This document shows positions 1-13,779 of a stretch of DNA of 64,000 nt, one piece after another. Positions within the stretch are counted from its first letter, which is position 1. Every line of letters starts with the position of its first letter. The notes beneath the pieces were generated by a model, which worked only from the letters and a program-made list of their open reading frames with translations, ran no database searches and was not told the origin of the DNA. The stretch is from Raillietiella orientalis (taxonomy: Eukaryota): positions 1,178,001-1,242,000 of the forward strand of contig JAYWIR010000044.1 of assembly GCA_036172245.1 (NCBI GenBank). The letters are read 5' to 3'. The position numbers were made by a program, and so were the translations under genes.

Positions 1-719
1 CTCTGGAGCGACGGTTCTTCCCGAGGCTCCCTGGTGCAGCTCACATCCCGCTTCCTGCTCTTTTGGAGAGGCTCCTTTTTGAACGTGGCCGTCGGTCGCG
101 CTTCCGAGGGAGGTCAAGTGCCCTCAGCGATCTTTGTGGAGACATCCCCCTCGGGCGAAGCGCCGACCACGAGTGCGTTGGGGGACCGACCTGTCCTCAA
201 CATGTCCACAGGAGAGGGATCGCATCTGGCAGCGAGCTCGGACAGAGCTCTGAGTTCTCAGATTAGCGCCAGCGGACCGGGACTAACGAAGGGACGGGTT
301 GAACGCGGCTCTTTCGCTTGTCCTCAGCTCCCTGCTGACCCACGACGCCCCGCGGTGCCACGCTGCGGGCGTCGGTGGCAGATTGAGGTCGGCGGGGGTC
401 TCCAGTGGAAGAGGAATTCGTCTTGAGGAATCGGGCCGGAAAGGCAGAAGAACGAGCGCTCGCAGTGAGCCGAAACGAAGGCGGTGGAATAGGAAGCGCC
501 GCCGCACCTGCCAAGTCCTTTAAAAAGGGGGTTCAGTTTCCGGTGCTCCCGGGGTGATGGAAATCTTTTCAAGTTCTGCTTTTGCTGCTCTCCTTCCAGT
601 TTTTTTTTCTTTTTGGGTTCCCCGAGTGCTGGAGAACCGTTTGCCTCCTTAGGAGGGGCGCTTGCGAAGCTCTTTGACTCTGTCCACGTCACCCAAGGGC
701 GCGGGGAGCTCTTCAAGCT

Positions 720-1350
720 GCAGGCGTAACCCCGTTGGGACTACCCTACGAAACTAGGGAGAAAATAGTCCGTTTCTCTTGCACTTGCTCCTTCTCTCCG
801 GAGGGACCCCTGGATTCATACAATGATCGATCCGGGGTTGTGTTCTACAACTTGACGGATCACACGCACCTATGGATGGTGTGGGCGGAGTCGAAGAGCT
901 GCGTGTAACTCTTCAAGTTTCAGCAGATAACTCCAGAGGGACCACCTATGAATCTAGGAAAGCTCCGGAGAAAAAAGTTTGTCCTTCTTGCTCTTGCTCC
1001 TTGTTCTCTCCGGAGGGCTTCCTGGAGGGAGCGGCAGCCTCCCGTTTCCCCTACAGCATTAGGCAATCAAATTGGAAGTTGGCTTCCCGTACTTGCTACT
1101 GAGCGAGATACAGGGACCAGATCCGACTGCCACAGGGCACCCGGCAAGCTGCCCAAGTCAAAGAGGATGGCAACGCGACCTCAGCAGAGTCCGTCAAGCG
1201 TCTCGAGCGCTTCCTTCCGAAAGTCATTTTCTGGAAGCATGGATAATAGGCGAGTAGAAGAAAGCGTCGGTGGTGGCCACCAGTAAATAGTGAGGTGTGT
1301 TTGCGCAGATGGAAGCTGTCAAGAGGGTAGCTTCGGACCGCTGCGTCAAT
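720..1350 (+). mobile_element. L1/Tx1-like LINE ORF2 relic (RT C-terminal part)
   Basis: Degenerate motifs in the expected order across frames: GENSPFLLHLLLL (~RQGCPLSPLLF), EGPPMNLGK (~SGxxxNxxK), ASWRERQPP...LGNQIGSWL (~WxxRxLSxxGR). Confidence 0.35.
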
Positions 1351-2214
1351 GGATCACCAATCCTTCACTCGGCTTGCAGGGAGATGGCTCCCGTTTTTCG
1401 AGCATCCTGGAGAGCAGAGGCAGAAGGAGGCGAAGAAAGCAAGGAATAAAGACGATAGCCAAGTGGCAGTTTGTCCATACTCTGAGTCGTCTGCTGGTTC
1501 AAATAGGGAAGCGCTGCACAGATGCGAAGATCACGTTGAAATCTCCCCGGACTCTTCATAAAGGATGACCCCAGGTCCTCTCTCGAACTGGGACTAGAGA
1601 GTGATGAGGCGTTGACGATGAAGTACAGATAGATCCTGTGGATCTTTCATATGCTGCTTTTGTCAGGGAGTCCCTTTGAAGCTGAGAGACTGAGGTTCTG
1701 GCATCTGAGCTCACCCCCTAGTTTCTGTGAATTCCGTTAAAGGAACAAAAGGAACTCGCAGCTTCCCACACGGAAAGAACCGCCTTTCCACTCATCTCAG
1801 TTCGAATCTTTCCTCGTCAGCCAGACCTTGTTCTGCGGATGTTCCTCTCCGGAAGAGAGGAAGAAAGATCTGCTGAAGGAGGAATGGTTTTCCTGCTCCG
1901 GGAATCCGTCATCCGAGAGAATCTTCTCGACGCCGCTTTTCTGCAGCGTTGTTCCTCCTTGCAGATGATTTCTGCGAGCAGAAGCAGTTCCTGGAGCGAT
2001 CGATAGGATGGCAGTCTGGATAAACAGGAACCGAGCCGGAATGCGTTCCTTCGCCGAGGGTTCTTACGCCTCTTTGCTTCTGCTCTGGTGCTGTGTGTCC
2101 CGGGGTTCCACTGCGCCGTGGTCCTGCTACCATCCGATCAGCTGAACGACTCCTCATTCATCCTCGGCATCCTCCTCACACTGTTTTCACGTAAGTTCTG
2201 CTGCACCGATTGCA

Positions 2215-2385
2215 TCTCCAGGAACGTGATCCGTGGTGTCCACAGCCCAATCACCTGGAGTTTCTGGTCACCGTGGTCGCCGTTCACCCCGGCAGATGGC
2301 CCATAACTGTCCAACAGACAGCATGAGCCCCAGATGTGCAATGCGCTGGAGCGCGCCGTTCTTCGCCACAGGCGTTCTGGCTACT
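2215..2385 (+). mobile_element. Possible LINE ORF1 (gag-like) zinc-knuckle relic
   Basis: VIRGV followed by GHRGRR..MAHNCPTDSMSPRCA + CAGARRSS, resembling decayed tandem CCHC knuckles. Confidence 0.25.
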
Positions 2386-3279
2386 TGCTTGACAAGTGTC
2401 GCGTGTTCTGAGCACTCTACAGTTCTTTGAGATTCCAGGTGGCTACCAGCAATGCTGGCATCGAAGCAGGCACTGCTCTGGAGGCAAAAACCTCCCTGAG
2501 CTCTTTTCTCCTCTCTTTTTTTTGCGCTCCTTTTATCCAATCAGACAGCATCGAGAGTGATGGTCTTGAGTCGTCCCCCAGTGCTGTCTGGTTGGAAAGT
2601 CCTGCCAACTTCCGCTTTTCCTGTGTCACTTCTCCGATTCGGTTAACCGGATGTCCGTTTCCGGAAGCGGACACAAGGAGGGCACGCAAGCCCCTGAGAA
2701 AAAAGCGCCCGGATAAAGACTGGATCAATGTGCTGGATAATAAGGACACTGGTCCCTTTTCAGAGGAATACGTGTGGATTAGCATCGTGCCTCAGGGCTT
2801 TTCTTGCAAGACGGACAAGATCTTAGGTCCGCGTAGAAGCCCTGCTGAGCCTCCAGCTCGTACGAGCATCATCTGCCAGTGATACACTTGATCGTGTGTG
2901 CAGAAGTGAAAAACTTCCAGCAACTGCACCGAGGCTATCAAACGATAAGGCACAGAGCAGGAGGATGAACCGGTCAAGCTGTCAGTCAATTAAAAGTCAA
3001 AACACACACATACACATGTACACGCCAAAGCGAATTTCGGTGACGACTGCTTGAATTTCTCATGCAGGGAATGAGTAGGTTCGTTCGTGACTGCTGCTAC
3101 ATCGAGCGCCACATCCCTACAGCTGCGTAGTCAAGGGAAATGTCGGCAAACTCTATGGACGAGGATGCGAATACTGGAATAGGGGCGTTTTGGGTCACGC
3201 GACAAAGAAGGGATGAGCATGAGGATTAGTTTCTTGTACCTGGAGATTCCGAGAAAGGGTCCATCTCCATCCCCGGACT

Positions 3280-3545
3280 GGTCATGAACAGTGATAAGAA
3301 CGAAGGACGAAAAAGACAGAGAAGATGTGAAGGACGTTGAGGACGAAGAGGAGGTTGGCAAGGACGGTCAGAACGATTAGATTGGTGATGACGATGTTGA
3401 GGATGATGCAGACCTGGAGATTGGTGAAGCCGACGTTGAAGGTGGCAAAGACACAGATATCGGTAAGGACAAGGAGTATGATGAGAATGAGGACGTTCGA
3501 AATGGTGAGAATGATAGGGACGAAGAGGTCATGAACAGTGAAACA
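3280..3545 (+). pseudogene. Decayed D/E-rich low-complexity coding remnant
   Basis: One frame reads KDEKDREDVKDVEDEEEVGKDGQND*IGDDDVEDDADLEIGEADVEGGKDTDIGKDKEYDENEDVRNGENDRDEEVMNSE, with one in-frame stop. Flanked by a direct repeat GGTCATGAACAGTGA (~3280 and ~3527). Confidence 0.5.
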
Positions 3546-4479
3546 CGTCAGTCACACGATCCTCGTGCTCCTTGCAATTCCTCGTTGCCCCCGTTTCCCT
3601 GTCTCAGGGAGACCTTCGTTCTAGGAACGGGAAGGCCTTCTGCTCTCCCCCCCACTCGCATGCTCAGGCACGCAATGGATCCAGCCCTCTGAGCCGCCAA
3701 TCTTGGGTCGCTTCCCGAGATTTCGGCTGCGGATCAAGATGCCTGGAGGAGGCAGGTCGATCCCTCGCGGCGATTCCGTTATTCCACGCGATCTCGCGAC
3801 TGCAGCCTCAAGACCTTCCGCCCCGCGGGACGCCGCTGAGAGGAACGCGGGAAAAAGGAGGGAAATGAGATCCCTCTGCGGCTCTATCCCGAAGGCGAAA
3901 CGGGAGTTCCTGCGGGATACGGAAAGCAAAGAGGGAAAGCAAAGATCCCGCAAGAGAAAACCAACCCCCGGAGGTGTGACTCGACTTCCGCCTCTGGGTC
4001 GGGAAAAGGAAAGAAAGGTTTCCAAGGAACTCAGCCTTCGGCTCTACGAGCGTCGTGCGCTTCACTAGGACCACGACAAGCGGAACTCAGTCGCCAGGTG
4101 TCTTCTATTGCCGCAGATGCTGAGTCCGATGGATCACAAGTCGTTCTCTTCGAGACGCACTCCGATGTAGTCACTCCGAGCTCCAGGGTTTCGCGGCCCC
4201 CGGTTCCGGCAGAGTGGAGTCGCGGGGAGGGGGGGGGGAGTGGATCGGTCAAAAACGCCACGAGGATGAGACTCCCAGCCCTCTCGTCTGCGCGACTTCT
4301 CCGATGACGCCCGGCCGCCCCACCTTCGAGTGCCCCTGGCAGCTGAGGTGGAGGCTGGCTTCCCGAGGCAAAACTTGGATGACCCACCGACTCACTCCCT
4401 TATAGTCGCAGCTTCCCAAAGGAATAGGAAGGAAACAGTGGAAGTTTCCGGGATGATGCAATGGGAATCGGCCGAGGCA

Positions 4480-5800
4480 GTCCCCCGCTGATACCGACTG
4501 CTCCAGGAGCGCCTCTGCGCCCGTCGACGACCCGTGACCTCGTGAATTCCTAGCCAATGCTCCCCAGGAACGATCGTCTTCGCTAGGGCGTAGCTACAAC
4601 GGGAGTCCGGGAAAGAGGTGAGACGGACCCTTCGGGTCCTTCCGTGTGCCCTATTCCGTTTCTCATCCCTGACCCGTGTCAAGGCCGCCGACCTCGAATT
4701 CCCACCCAGCTCGGTCAAAAACCTTAGGAAGAGCCGGGCAGCCCACGCATACGGACCCGGACTTTGCCCGCCAGCTGCCCTCACGTCTCCCTCCCATCTT
4801 GGGAAAGATTGAAATGAGCCAGTCTGCCGAGGTCCTCCGAGGAAGAACCACCGTTGCCTCCCGAGCACCAGCTGGCGGCCGTTCCTGATTTCTGAAGTCC
4901 AGTATCACCGATTCGGCGGGAAGCGTCATCTACGAGCGCTGTGACTTCAAGGAGTCATCAAGAACTTTCCGCGTTTCCTCATCACCTGAGAAGAGAAGGT
5001 CGGTCCGGTGGCTGCATTCCCATGATTTTGGTGCCGTTCCACGAGCAAAGGCGTGCGGGTTGGCCTTTGCTAACCTTAGTCCTGAGGCGGCCTCGGAAGC
5101 AGCAAGCACGTGCGACGCTACGAAACGGCGACGGTTCCGCGAAAGGACCGACTGTTGCTAGGATACCCGACGGGATGATTCAGCGACGAGGCCGGCACCC
5201 CTCGCATTCACGAAAAGGAAGGAAGAAGAACGAGTTCAGGACTGCATGCTGGTCCTGTTGCAGCCGCACTCGGATCGCCGTCCGCCTCGGAGGCCCGCAA
5301 GTCCTCAACGATCTCCAGCTCTTCCGAAAGAGCCCCGGGACCTGGAGCGGAAAGGTTAACTAACGACTGCGGCACGAACGCTGCAGTTCCCCTCGTGCCT
5401 TGGAAGCTCGGAGACGCCGCGCACATGGGAAGTGTCTCAGATTCCTCCTTCGGAGAAGCGAAAACTCGTGGTCCAAGGAGATCGAAGAGGAGCTGATCGC
5501 AGGTGCTGCTCAAAGGAGAGGTGGGAGTGGAGTTCTCTCACGGGGGTGGGAAAAGACCTGTTCGCAAGGAGGCTGCGATGTTTCCTCGTCCGCTCGCGCG
5601 ACGACGCACACTACCCGGGTCTGCCAACGCGAACAAGAACGCGACCATGAGTCCTTCTCAGAACCTCCCGGGACGCCACTGAGGTCCACGGCCAGTGGAC
5701 TGTTCTTGGGGTTTTGCCACAGTCTCCGAAATGAAAGCCCTACTTGATACAGAAGTGAGGCCGATGCGCAAATGAGAACAGCTCTCGATCCAGACGAAAT
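4480..5800 (+). mobile_element. L1/Tx1-like LINE reverse transcriptase relic
   Basis: Motifs in RT order: PREFL (~LPxEFY), FARQLPSRLPPILGKIEMSQSAEVLRGRTT (~LAxRLxxILxxIIxxxQxxxVPGRxI), QRRAGWPLLTLVL (~RQGCPLSPLL), LFRKSPGTWSGKVN (~FxxASGxKVN), WEWSSLTGVGK (~WxxxxLSxxGK). Confidence 0.6.
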
Positions 5801-6449
5801 TTGGAGCGCAGATAAGAACACCACTCAATCCAGATCAAGGGTCGGCACCCAGATGAGAACACTACTGGATCTTGAGATGACGACCGAGATCCGTGCGCAG
5901 GTCTGCGTGTTTCTGAATCCGAAGTATTGAAATCCTTTCTGCCGATGTAGTCCGACGAATGACGCCTATCCAACTGACACCTCGTGAATCTTCCCGACCA
6001 TCTTGCCGCTGACAAAAATCAACTTTCTGGGGATTTTGCGTAAGGGAACCTCAGAAGGCGGAAGCTTTATGACCAGAACAAGGAGGCGGGTCATTCCCCA
6101 CACGAAAGAGGAAACGCTAATAATGAGGAAGGCAAGCAAACCCGAGGTGGCCTCAGAAGCAGAGTGTCCTGAAGAAAGCAACCTATTCTTTCTAAGCTCT
6201 CTCTAGGAGCAGCAGCTCACAGAATATGGATGCACAGCGACTGTAGAAGCGGAACAGGAAGAGCCAGCATGCGGTGGTGATTCAGGGGAAGGAGTAATGG
6301 AGAAGGTCCACTCTTTCAGCACTCACTGGAAGGAACTTCGCACTCATGCAGTCGTTTCTAGTGGAGCACCGTCTTCCCACAGAGAATAGAAGTCTTCGAA
6401 AGGTAGGTAAGTTGCTGCAGGGCAGTGCAGTACAAACAAAGGAGTAGCT

Positions 6450-6605
6450 TAAGTTAGGTTAGGTGAGATGAGGAGAGTTAAGGTAAGTGTAGGTTAGGCA
6501 AGGTAGTTAGGTCCGGTCGATTGAAATGAAATAGGTTAGGTTGGTTCGGTTAGGATGAGTGAAGAGGGCTAAGGTTAATGTTATGTTGGTAGGGTAGGTA
6601 GGTAA
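6450..6605. repeat. Degenerate (AGGTT/TTAGG)n pentamer tract
   Basis: Repeated ttagg/taggt/ttggt units, e.g. gttaggttagg, taggttaggttggttcggttagg. Confidence 0.7.
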
Positions 6606-8769
6606 ATTTCCTATTTGAGGTCACGTACTATAGATTGGATAGCTGTGCTTTCGGTTTCTTGTATTGGATGCAGCATCTGTCGCATCAAAGGTGATCATCT
6701 GTAACGCTCCCAAAGGATGCTGTTTTTCCTCCCTTCGAATGCTCTTGGCAGGCATTTGCGAAAGTTTCAGACGGTTTCAGGGTGCACAGGAGTGGAGATT
6801 GCAAGGCAGCAGAGGTGAGATGTGAATGATTTTTGCTAGTGTGGGGAGCTTTGTATCTGCATTCGTTCCGTGCTGAGCGTGTGGGTCTTGGTGCTCTGGA
6901 ATAGGGGCACTTTGGAATCATCAGGAGAGAAAAGCGAGTTTCGAGGTATGGAAATTCGCGCCAGATTCGCCATCGAATTGCTGTTCGTGGACGCGGATCT
7001 TCTCCTCTTTCATCATTCCCGTCCGACTGCTATTGTTCTCGTTTATGGCAATGTTGTTCTTGCTGGGAAAAGAGATCATCACCAGGAGAAAATGGGAGAA
7101 GCGCCCACATCCTAGGTTTACAAGAAAGAGCGCAGCAGCCCTTTCCACAGTCGCGGTGTGAGAGTTTCAGGAATTGCGAGGCGGCAGGATCTGCAGCACC
7201 TTCGCAACGCAGAGGTTCTTCGGCTACCCTTGAGAGCAGATTCAGTGACGCATCGCTTTCCCGGTTCGGAAGAAGGGTGGAGTCAGCCTCCCGTGGAACG
7301 CTTTGTTTTCGCCTTGGGTTCCAGCTGCCTGCCGTGCTCATCCCTCTTCCCTCTTGTGGTCTCGTGCTGGTGGGCTTCCTGCTTCGGCAGAGCCTTTATC
7401 TATTACTGTGCATCTTCCGGACTCCGGGCACGCGGTTCATGACGCGGATGCCCCGCGAGAACTCCCCCCAAAAAAAGAAAGAGAGAAAAGCAAGTCGTTC
7501 TTTCCTCGTGTGGTTCGTGCCCTTCATTACCCTGCGAATCTGGCTGCAGTGTTTGTCGCAGTTGGAATTGATGTGTCGATCTCTGATCTTATGCGTGACT
7601 ATCATCCTCTCTTTTTTTTTTTTTTTTCGCATCTGATGAATCGGGCTGGGGTTTAGAGAAGGATTTAGCAGGATCCCCAGATGAATTCGGGAGAAAACCC
7701 CATGTCTTTCTCTCCCGAAATTAATTTCTCCTCAGTTTATGCCACTCCTAACAGCTGGTTTTCCACTTGCTGCGTGCAGGAGGTACACATGCCATCTCCT
7801 CTTGCAATATCCCTCCGACCTTCGAGGCCCCGCGTCGTAAAAGCACACTGCAGAAGGCATGATGTGAAACATACAAATGGCCACTTCCCCATTCTCCCTC
7901 TTAGCAGAAAACACGGTGCTCCTTGCGAAATTTCTTATTCTCTTAAGGATCTTGAAAGCTGAGAGGGATGACAGGGTTCACGTCGCGCGTCGTATTCATC
8001 GATGCCGGCACTAATGAGGCCCCGCACCATTTTGCCTTGCCCCTTCTGTTCCGAACTTCATGCAGCTCTCTCGAGTTGGTTTTCATCCGAGTTTTTCTGT
8101 GAGGAACCTCCCAGCTGCGCGTCGTATTTCATCGGCTTATTCGCCCAAGCAGCTCGAAGGCGCCCACGGATGTTGCGCCACCTCCCGACGACCCGCTGCA
8201 GCTCGCGCGGGTGCAGCATCCAGCCTGGTTCATCGCCCATGAAGTTTCTGCCGATCGAAACGATCGAATGCTTCCTTCAGCTTCTCGCCTTTATGAAATC
8301 CTCCACATCTCAGACGGTGCCTTCAGCCCGTAAGGCAGGAAACTGCTGATCCACGGAAACAAGAGGCTTTCCCATCTTCTCGAGCTTTGACTTGTGCAGG
8401 GAAGAAGCGCGCGCGTCCCAGAAGCCTTTCTTCTGGGTAGGGAAAAACTCTCCCTTTTTCTATTATGTCACTATCCATCCGCAACGAAATCAGTCCCGAA
8501 AAAACGGGCTCCTGCTTTGTGACCCACAACTCTTAGGGGTCAGCGTGCAAAGCGCACATTTCTTCACATCCTCGGCTTTGTTTCCGGCAGGACTGCATCC
8601 GTGACGGGCTGGCACGGTTGAATGACTCCACGTTCGACGCGCACACGGCTGAGTCGTCTCCGAGGATGACCTCTAGCATCGCGCCAAGTGGGGAATTCAG
8701 GAAAGCAGACTCGGCCCAACAGTGGGCGAAAACGGTCGAAAACTCGGGTTGCGAACACCCCCAGAAACA

Positions 8770-8842
8770 TCCCTACTCCGGAATCGAACCCTCATTCCCC
8801 GTTACAACCATCGCAGGCGCATGAGCCACCATCGACTGTTAA
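8770..8842 (-). pseudogene. 18S rRNA gene fragment (~73 nt, conserved 5' domain)
   Basis: Reverse complement reads TTAACAGTCGATGGTGGCTCATGCGCCTGCGATGGTTGTAAC-GGGGAATGAGGGTTCGATTCCGGAGTAGGGA. This matches conserved 18S ...TCGATGGTAG...GCGCCTACCATGGTTGTAACGGGTAACGGGGAATCAGGGTTCGATTCCGGAGAGGGA with a 7-nt deletion between tandem GTAACGG motifs. Confidence 0.85.
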
Positions 8843-9351
8843 CGATTATTTGTATGTTCGAGTCCTTTTGTGGTTTCCCGTTCAACTTTCAACCACTCCA
8901 GGACCAGAGGTACAGGGTCGTTCCCGAAATTTCGTTGGTGAAAAGGAAAGCACAGACGCCATCATCGAATGAAGATTTGGAAAATCCTCTGTCTAGAGGC
9001 AATCCTCTGGTAGAGGCAGAGCCATCAAAAGCATGCTGTTGGTAGGAAGACAGACGTCCCGAGAATTCGAAGAGAAGCGAAAGGAGACACCCGAAATCCC
9101 ATTGGGGAACTCCACGCTGGCGCAGGAGTGAGGAGGAGAAAGCTACTTCATGACCCTTCGCTACGCAGAGCAGACAACCCTCACTGCAAAGCAGTCCTTT
9201 GGTCCAGACCAAAGGAAGACCACGTCTAGCACGAGAATTCCTCCTCAGCACTGCGGATCATTCGGGCATTCATTCGGGCAGCGCGATTCCTTCTTCCTGG
9301 GCGCACATCGACGCTGCAGAAGATGTGGAAGGTGAGAGAGGTGTCGAAGTC

Positions 9352-9974
<623 letters not shown>

Positions 9975-11599
9975 GACCCAGCCTCACATTCTCAGCAGAC
10001 GCCATCATTCATCCGAGGGTGAAGAGTTATCGAACTTCTATCGAAACGCTGTGAGTCCAGTAGCTGCCGGCCAAATCATTACAGGAAGACATTCGAGTCT
10101 TCAGCCGGATGGAATGCTCCAGTTCGCATGGAAGGCATCGATTCGGGAAGTCGCTCGCCCTGGGGCACTCAACAGAAGTACTGGAGACGGTGGGAGTCTC
10201 CACTTCGTCTCCAAAGGAGTGCTGGGCCCATCTCCAGCGACACCACCACAAAAGGAGTGGCGTTGTGGGAGGAGGAATCATCTATGGGATCTTTGTACTG
10301 GATCAGGCGCTGGGAATGCTTAGCCGACAAGAAACGGAAGGAGGAGAACCGATGAAGAATGGTGGTGTGCGAGCAGACAGAGAATGTTGTTCCCGGAATG
10401 CACATCGGAAGGAAGATAGGTTGGGTCGTTGCCTGTGCTGAAGGAACCTTCGGTCCGGATGTTCTTGAATCTCGTAAATGACTGCTGTGGTCGATTCCCC
10501 ATGCTTCCCGATTGTCCCTCCTCTCCCTGGATCACCAAAGGGAGTTTCTCTTCCTCATTCCCGCTGTTTCCTTTCCTTTCTTCTGTCTGGAAGTAGAGGA
10601 ACTCCAAAGGTGATGCAGCTGTTCTTTGTTTCGTGGAGTTACATCCGGTACGGATTCCCCATTCCGGGAATTTCCCACGGGTCCAGATATGGCTCGAGTT
10701 ATCCGGTACATCAACCTCAGCATCAGACAAAGAGGGATGGAGAAATCTCTGTACGGAGAGGGATACCACGCACACAATGAGCAAAGAAACTTGGGGCCTG
10801 TGGTTCCACAGAAAGCTGTTGCATTCTATCTCCTGCATCACGTCGGGTCAAAGCGGCGTTCTTCCTGAGGGTGCATTGGGCGACATAAATCCCTTCCGCT
10901 TTCCCCTCGCCCCCCCATGGAAACGATGCCTTTCGTTTGGCTCCCTGCTTGAGTTTTAAGTCGGCTCCTGGGATTGGCTCGCTGCAATCCAGCAGTCCTC
11001 CTTACTGCCCCATCTGGCAGGGCAACGAGATCAGCCCGCCAAAACGCTGAGGATGGCCGTAACGCGTTTCCGAGGCAACGCGGGTTCGGGAACCGAAAGC
11101 GGCCACGCGAACCGGACGCCTGCTTCCAGGGGAAGTTGCCACGAGTACTCTTCGAGTTTCATTTCATTGCGCCGCAATTCGGCTAACAGGAGTCGGATGT
11201 GGTCCATGCGCGCGCCCACCGAGGGTCGTGCCTTCCGAAGGACTCATGCGCCTCCGCTTTCAGCCCTGATGGACAGCCATGATACAAAGTCCTCCCGTGA
11301 AGGGATGCCAAGGAAAGGTATGGGAAGCGGGAAAACTCTCTCTGGATACCTTTTTCTTTCCTCTTGCTGATTACGAAGATGCTGTGCGCCGACACGCATC
11401 CTCTGTTTGCGTTTTTTTTCCGGTTGTTTTTTGGGTCTCGTCACTTCTACAGCGCGTCTCGAGATCATCCTTGATCGGTTTTCTTGCCTCTTCCTTTTCA
11501 GAGGATTTCTTTTCTCTTCCGGTGGGGATGAACTCCTGAGTTCTGTTGAGGGGAGAGAAAAAACGTCTACAACGACGGACATTTGATACAGCCGCTGCT

Positions 11600-13150
11600 G
11601 GATCAAAACTCGTCAACTAAGACATGACTGCATCTCGAAAAGCAAGAAGGAAACAACGCGCACCTGACTCTCAGCCTTTTCGGAGGTAAGCGAGTTACTA
11701 CTTCGTCTTTGGTGATATTTTCGAGGGTCATTTTCGAGGACTGGAAAAGTGCGTGGGAGGAGAAGAAGACTTTGGTTCCTACGAGTAAATAGTCCCAAGG
11801 AGCCAAGGAGCGGCGGAAGATTCCTACTCTTGAACAGTCCTTTCTTCCCTCGTTTCGGGGGCTTTAGGAAACAAGAGGAAGAGAAGACAGATCTCGACTT
11901 ACAGCGGCAAGGAACACGAGAATCGGTCCAGCTCTGCATCTGTGCTGAGGAGCTGCTTTCCATGCCCTCATCGCGTAAAATCGGTCCAGGACTCAGCGAG
12001 CACTGAAACATATTCCTTATCACACTTAGATGCGTTTCCGAGTGACCACTGCTTTTCAGTAGAAGTTTCAAGAATTTTTCGCTCCTCTATAGGTTCCTCT
12101 TAAGAGGAACAGGAGCTGTTAGTCTTTCTGGAGGAAAGATAGCATCGCAGCATCCAATCGTTATGCTTGGACAGTGTACCGCCTCCTTTTTCTTCAAAGG
12201 CGGTGCCCGCGCTAAGTTCTGAGGCATCGAACTGATCCTGTCGATAATAAGGTCATCAGGGTCACGATTTGGACCTTAAACCAAGTGAGTCAGCGCGAGA
12301 TCCGCCAACGTTGCTGAAACACCGACGGGCAGAAGAGCCTCTCGACAGCCACAGGAACCAATGAAATTTTAACGTCTCAGGAGCGCCGAGAACCACACAG
12401 TTTTAACCACACCGTGGCTGCTCGTTTCTTTGGAGGAGGCGTCGCCTTCCTTCGAACACGAACCCGAGTCACAGGACTGACAGAAGCATTCCGTAAAGAA
12501 AGACACGTATTTTTAAGCCGCCAACACTCTGATTTCGTGGCACTGGACGTCAGCGCCAAGCAGGTGCATTCAAAGTTTGGCACCCGTTGAGACTAGGGTG
12601 AACGAGGGATGGACGAGCGTTCCTCACGGCGCCATTCGAAGAACGCGACCTGGAGTGGACACGGAGTCTCTTGGGATGTACAGGCGAGATGTGTGCACAG
12701 TGGGTTGTCGTTCTCCCAGCCGTAGGATCTAAAAACACTGTCAACCGCGGCCTCGTGATTGCTGCTCAACGGGATGATGCCGAGGGTCTCACTGCGGGAG
12801 AGGGGGGGGGAAGGCATTCACGCAAGTGACAAATGGCGCGGGTCATGCCGAGTCCAAGCGTTTGCCGCGCCTTGAGCGTATTCTTTCTACAGGACGCTGC
12901 ACCTAGAGAAAGCTAGCTAATTGAATCGGGGTGATCTTGACCTCCCGTGAGAAAGCAGCTCATGGGGACCCCATGGAAGATATCGAGGACAGCAAAGAGC
13001 TGGAGGACTTTCCTCGACTAAAGGAGGATAACTTCCTGCAGGAGGACAACGAATAAACCGAGTCGCGCTTTCTCCTTCACGGCGAAGCCATTTTTTCCCC
13101 GCGCTTCGCTGCTTTTCGAGAAGAAGATTGAAATTGAGAAAGGGTTCGCA
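11600..13150 (-). mobile_element. L1-like LINE ORF2 relic (APE to RT start)
   Basis: LFVVLLQEV (~DIxLLQET), CAHISPVHPKRLRV (~YTFFSPVHxxxSRID), ECWRLKNTCL (~WRLNxSLL), SLSPGP, LKPPKRGKK...RNLPPL (~LIPKxGKD..NYRPI), TLENITKDE (~LxxIIxxDQ). Confidence 0.55.
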
Positions 13151-13779
13151 AGATGGAACTGCATACCCGTAAGAATTGCCCGTTGCAATCGTAGGTATTT
13201 TTGCACAGACCCAGCTTTCCCTTCCGGGGGAGCGACTTAACGGATACTCTGTTTTCGGTCCGCGGCCTGCGCTTCCCCGTTCTGATAAGCAATCCGAACC
13301 GAAATGATGGCTACATTAGCATAAACGCGGGACAGTCCTAAGAGGCTTAAAGAAGTAAAAGTTTATTTCTTGCATTTGGAACATTGTCTACTGCCCGAGC
13401 AAGGAAGATGCAATAAAACTGCAAGCCGCCCTCTCGGAATGGGTTGTTCGAGAAAAGGAAATCACACGCTAAGATGCGCATGTTTTCCATTAGCCTCATT
13501 TGCTGTTAAAGCAACATTGTGATTTCGATGCGTCTCGGTTCCTACCAGCCCTTCTTGGTTCCTGGGACTGCAAGATGAGAAAAAACAAGATTCGACCTTG
13601 CTTTCATTTTTTCGCCAGCTGGGGGGTGCTTGGGGCTGATGAAAATATGTGCCACACACGTCCCTGCGGTGTCAAAGAGTCCGTGGAAACGAAATTTGTA
13701 ATGTGCTGTTTGAAACTTTGGTTCTTAAGACACGTGGCACATTCCTCAAGGTCCTTTTTTTCCCATTCTCCTTTGCATT

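Noticed and set aside
8100..8310. MADF/Myb-like relic on the minus strand (RWRNIR)
   Set aside because: Too few conserved residues to support a call.
10985..11030. Helicase motif Ia VLLTAPSGRA (PIF1/RecD, Helitron)
   Set aside because: No convincing Walker A/B or other helicase motifs nearby, so a chance match cannot be excluded.
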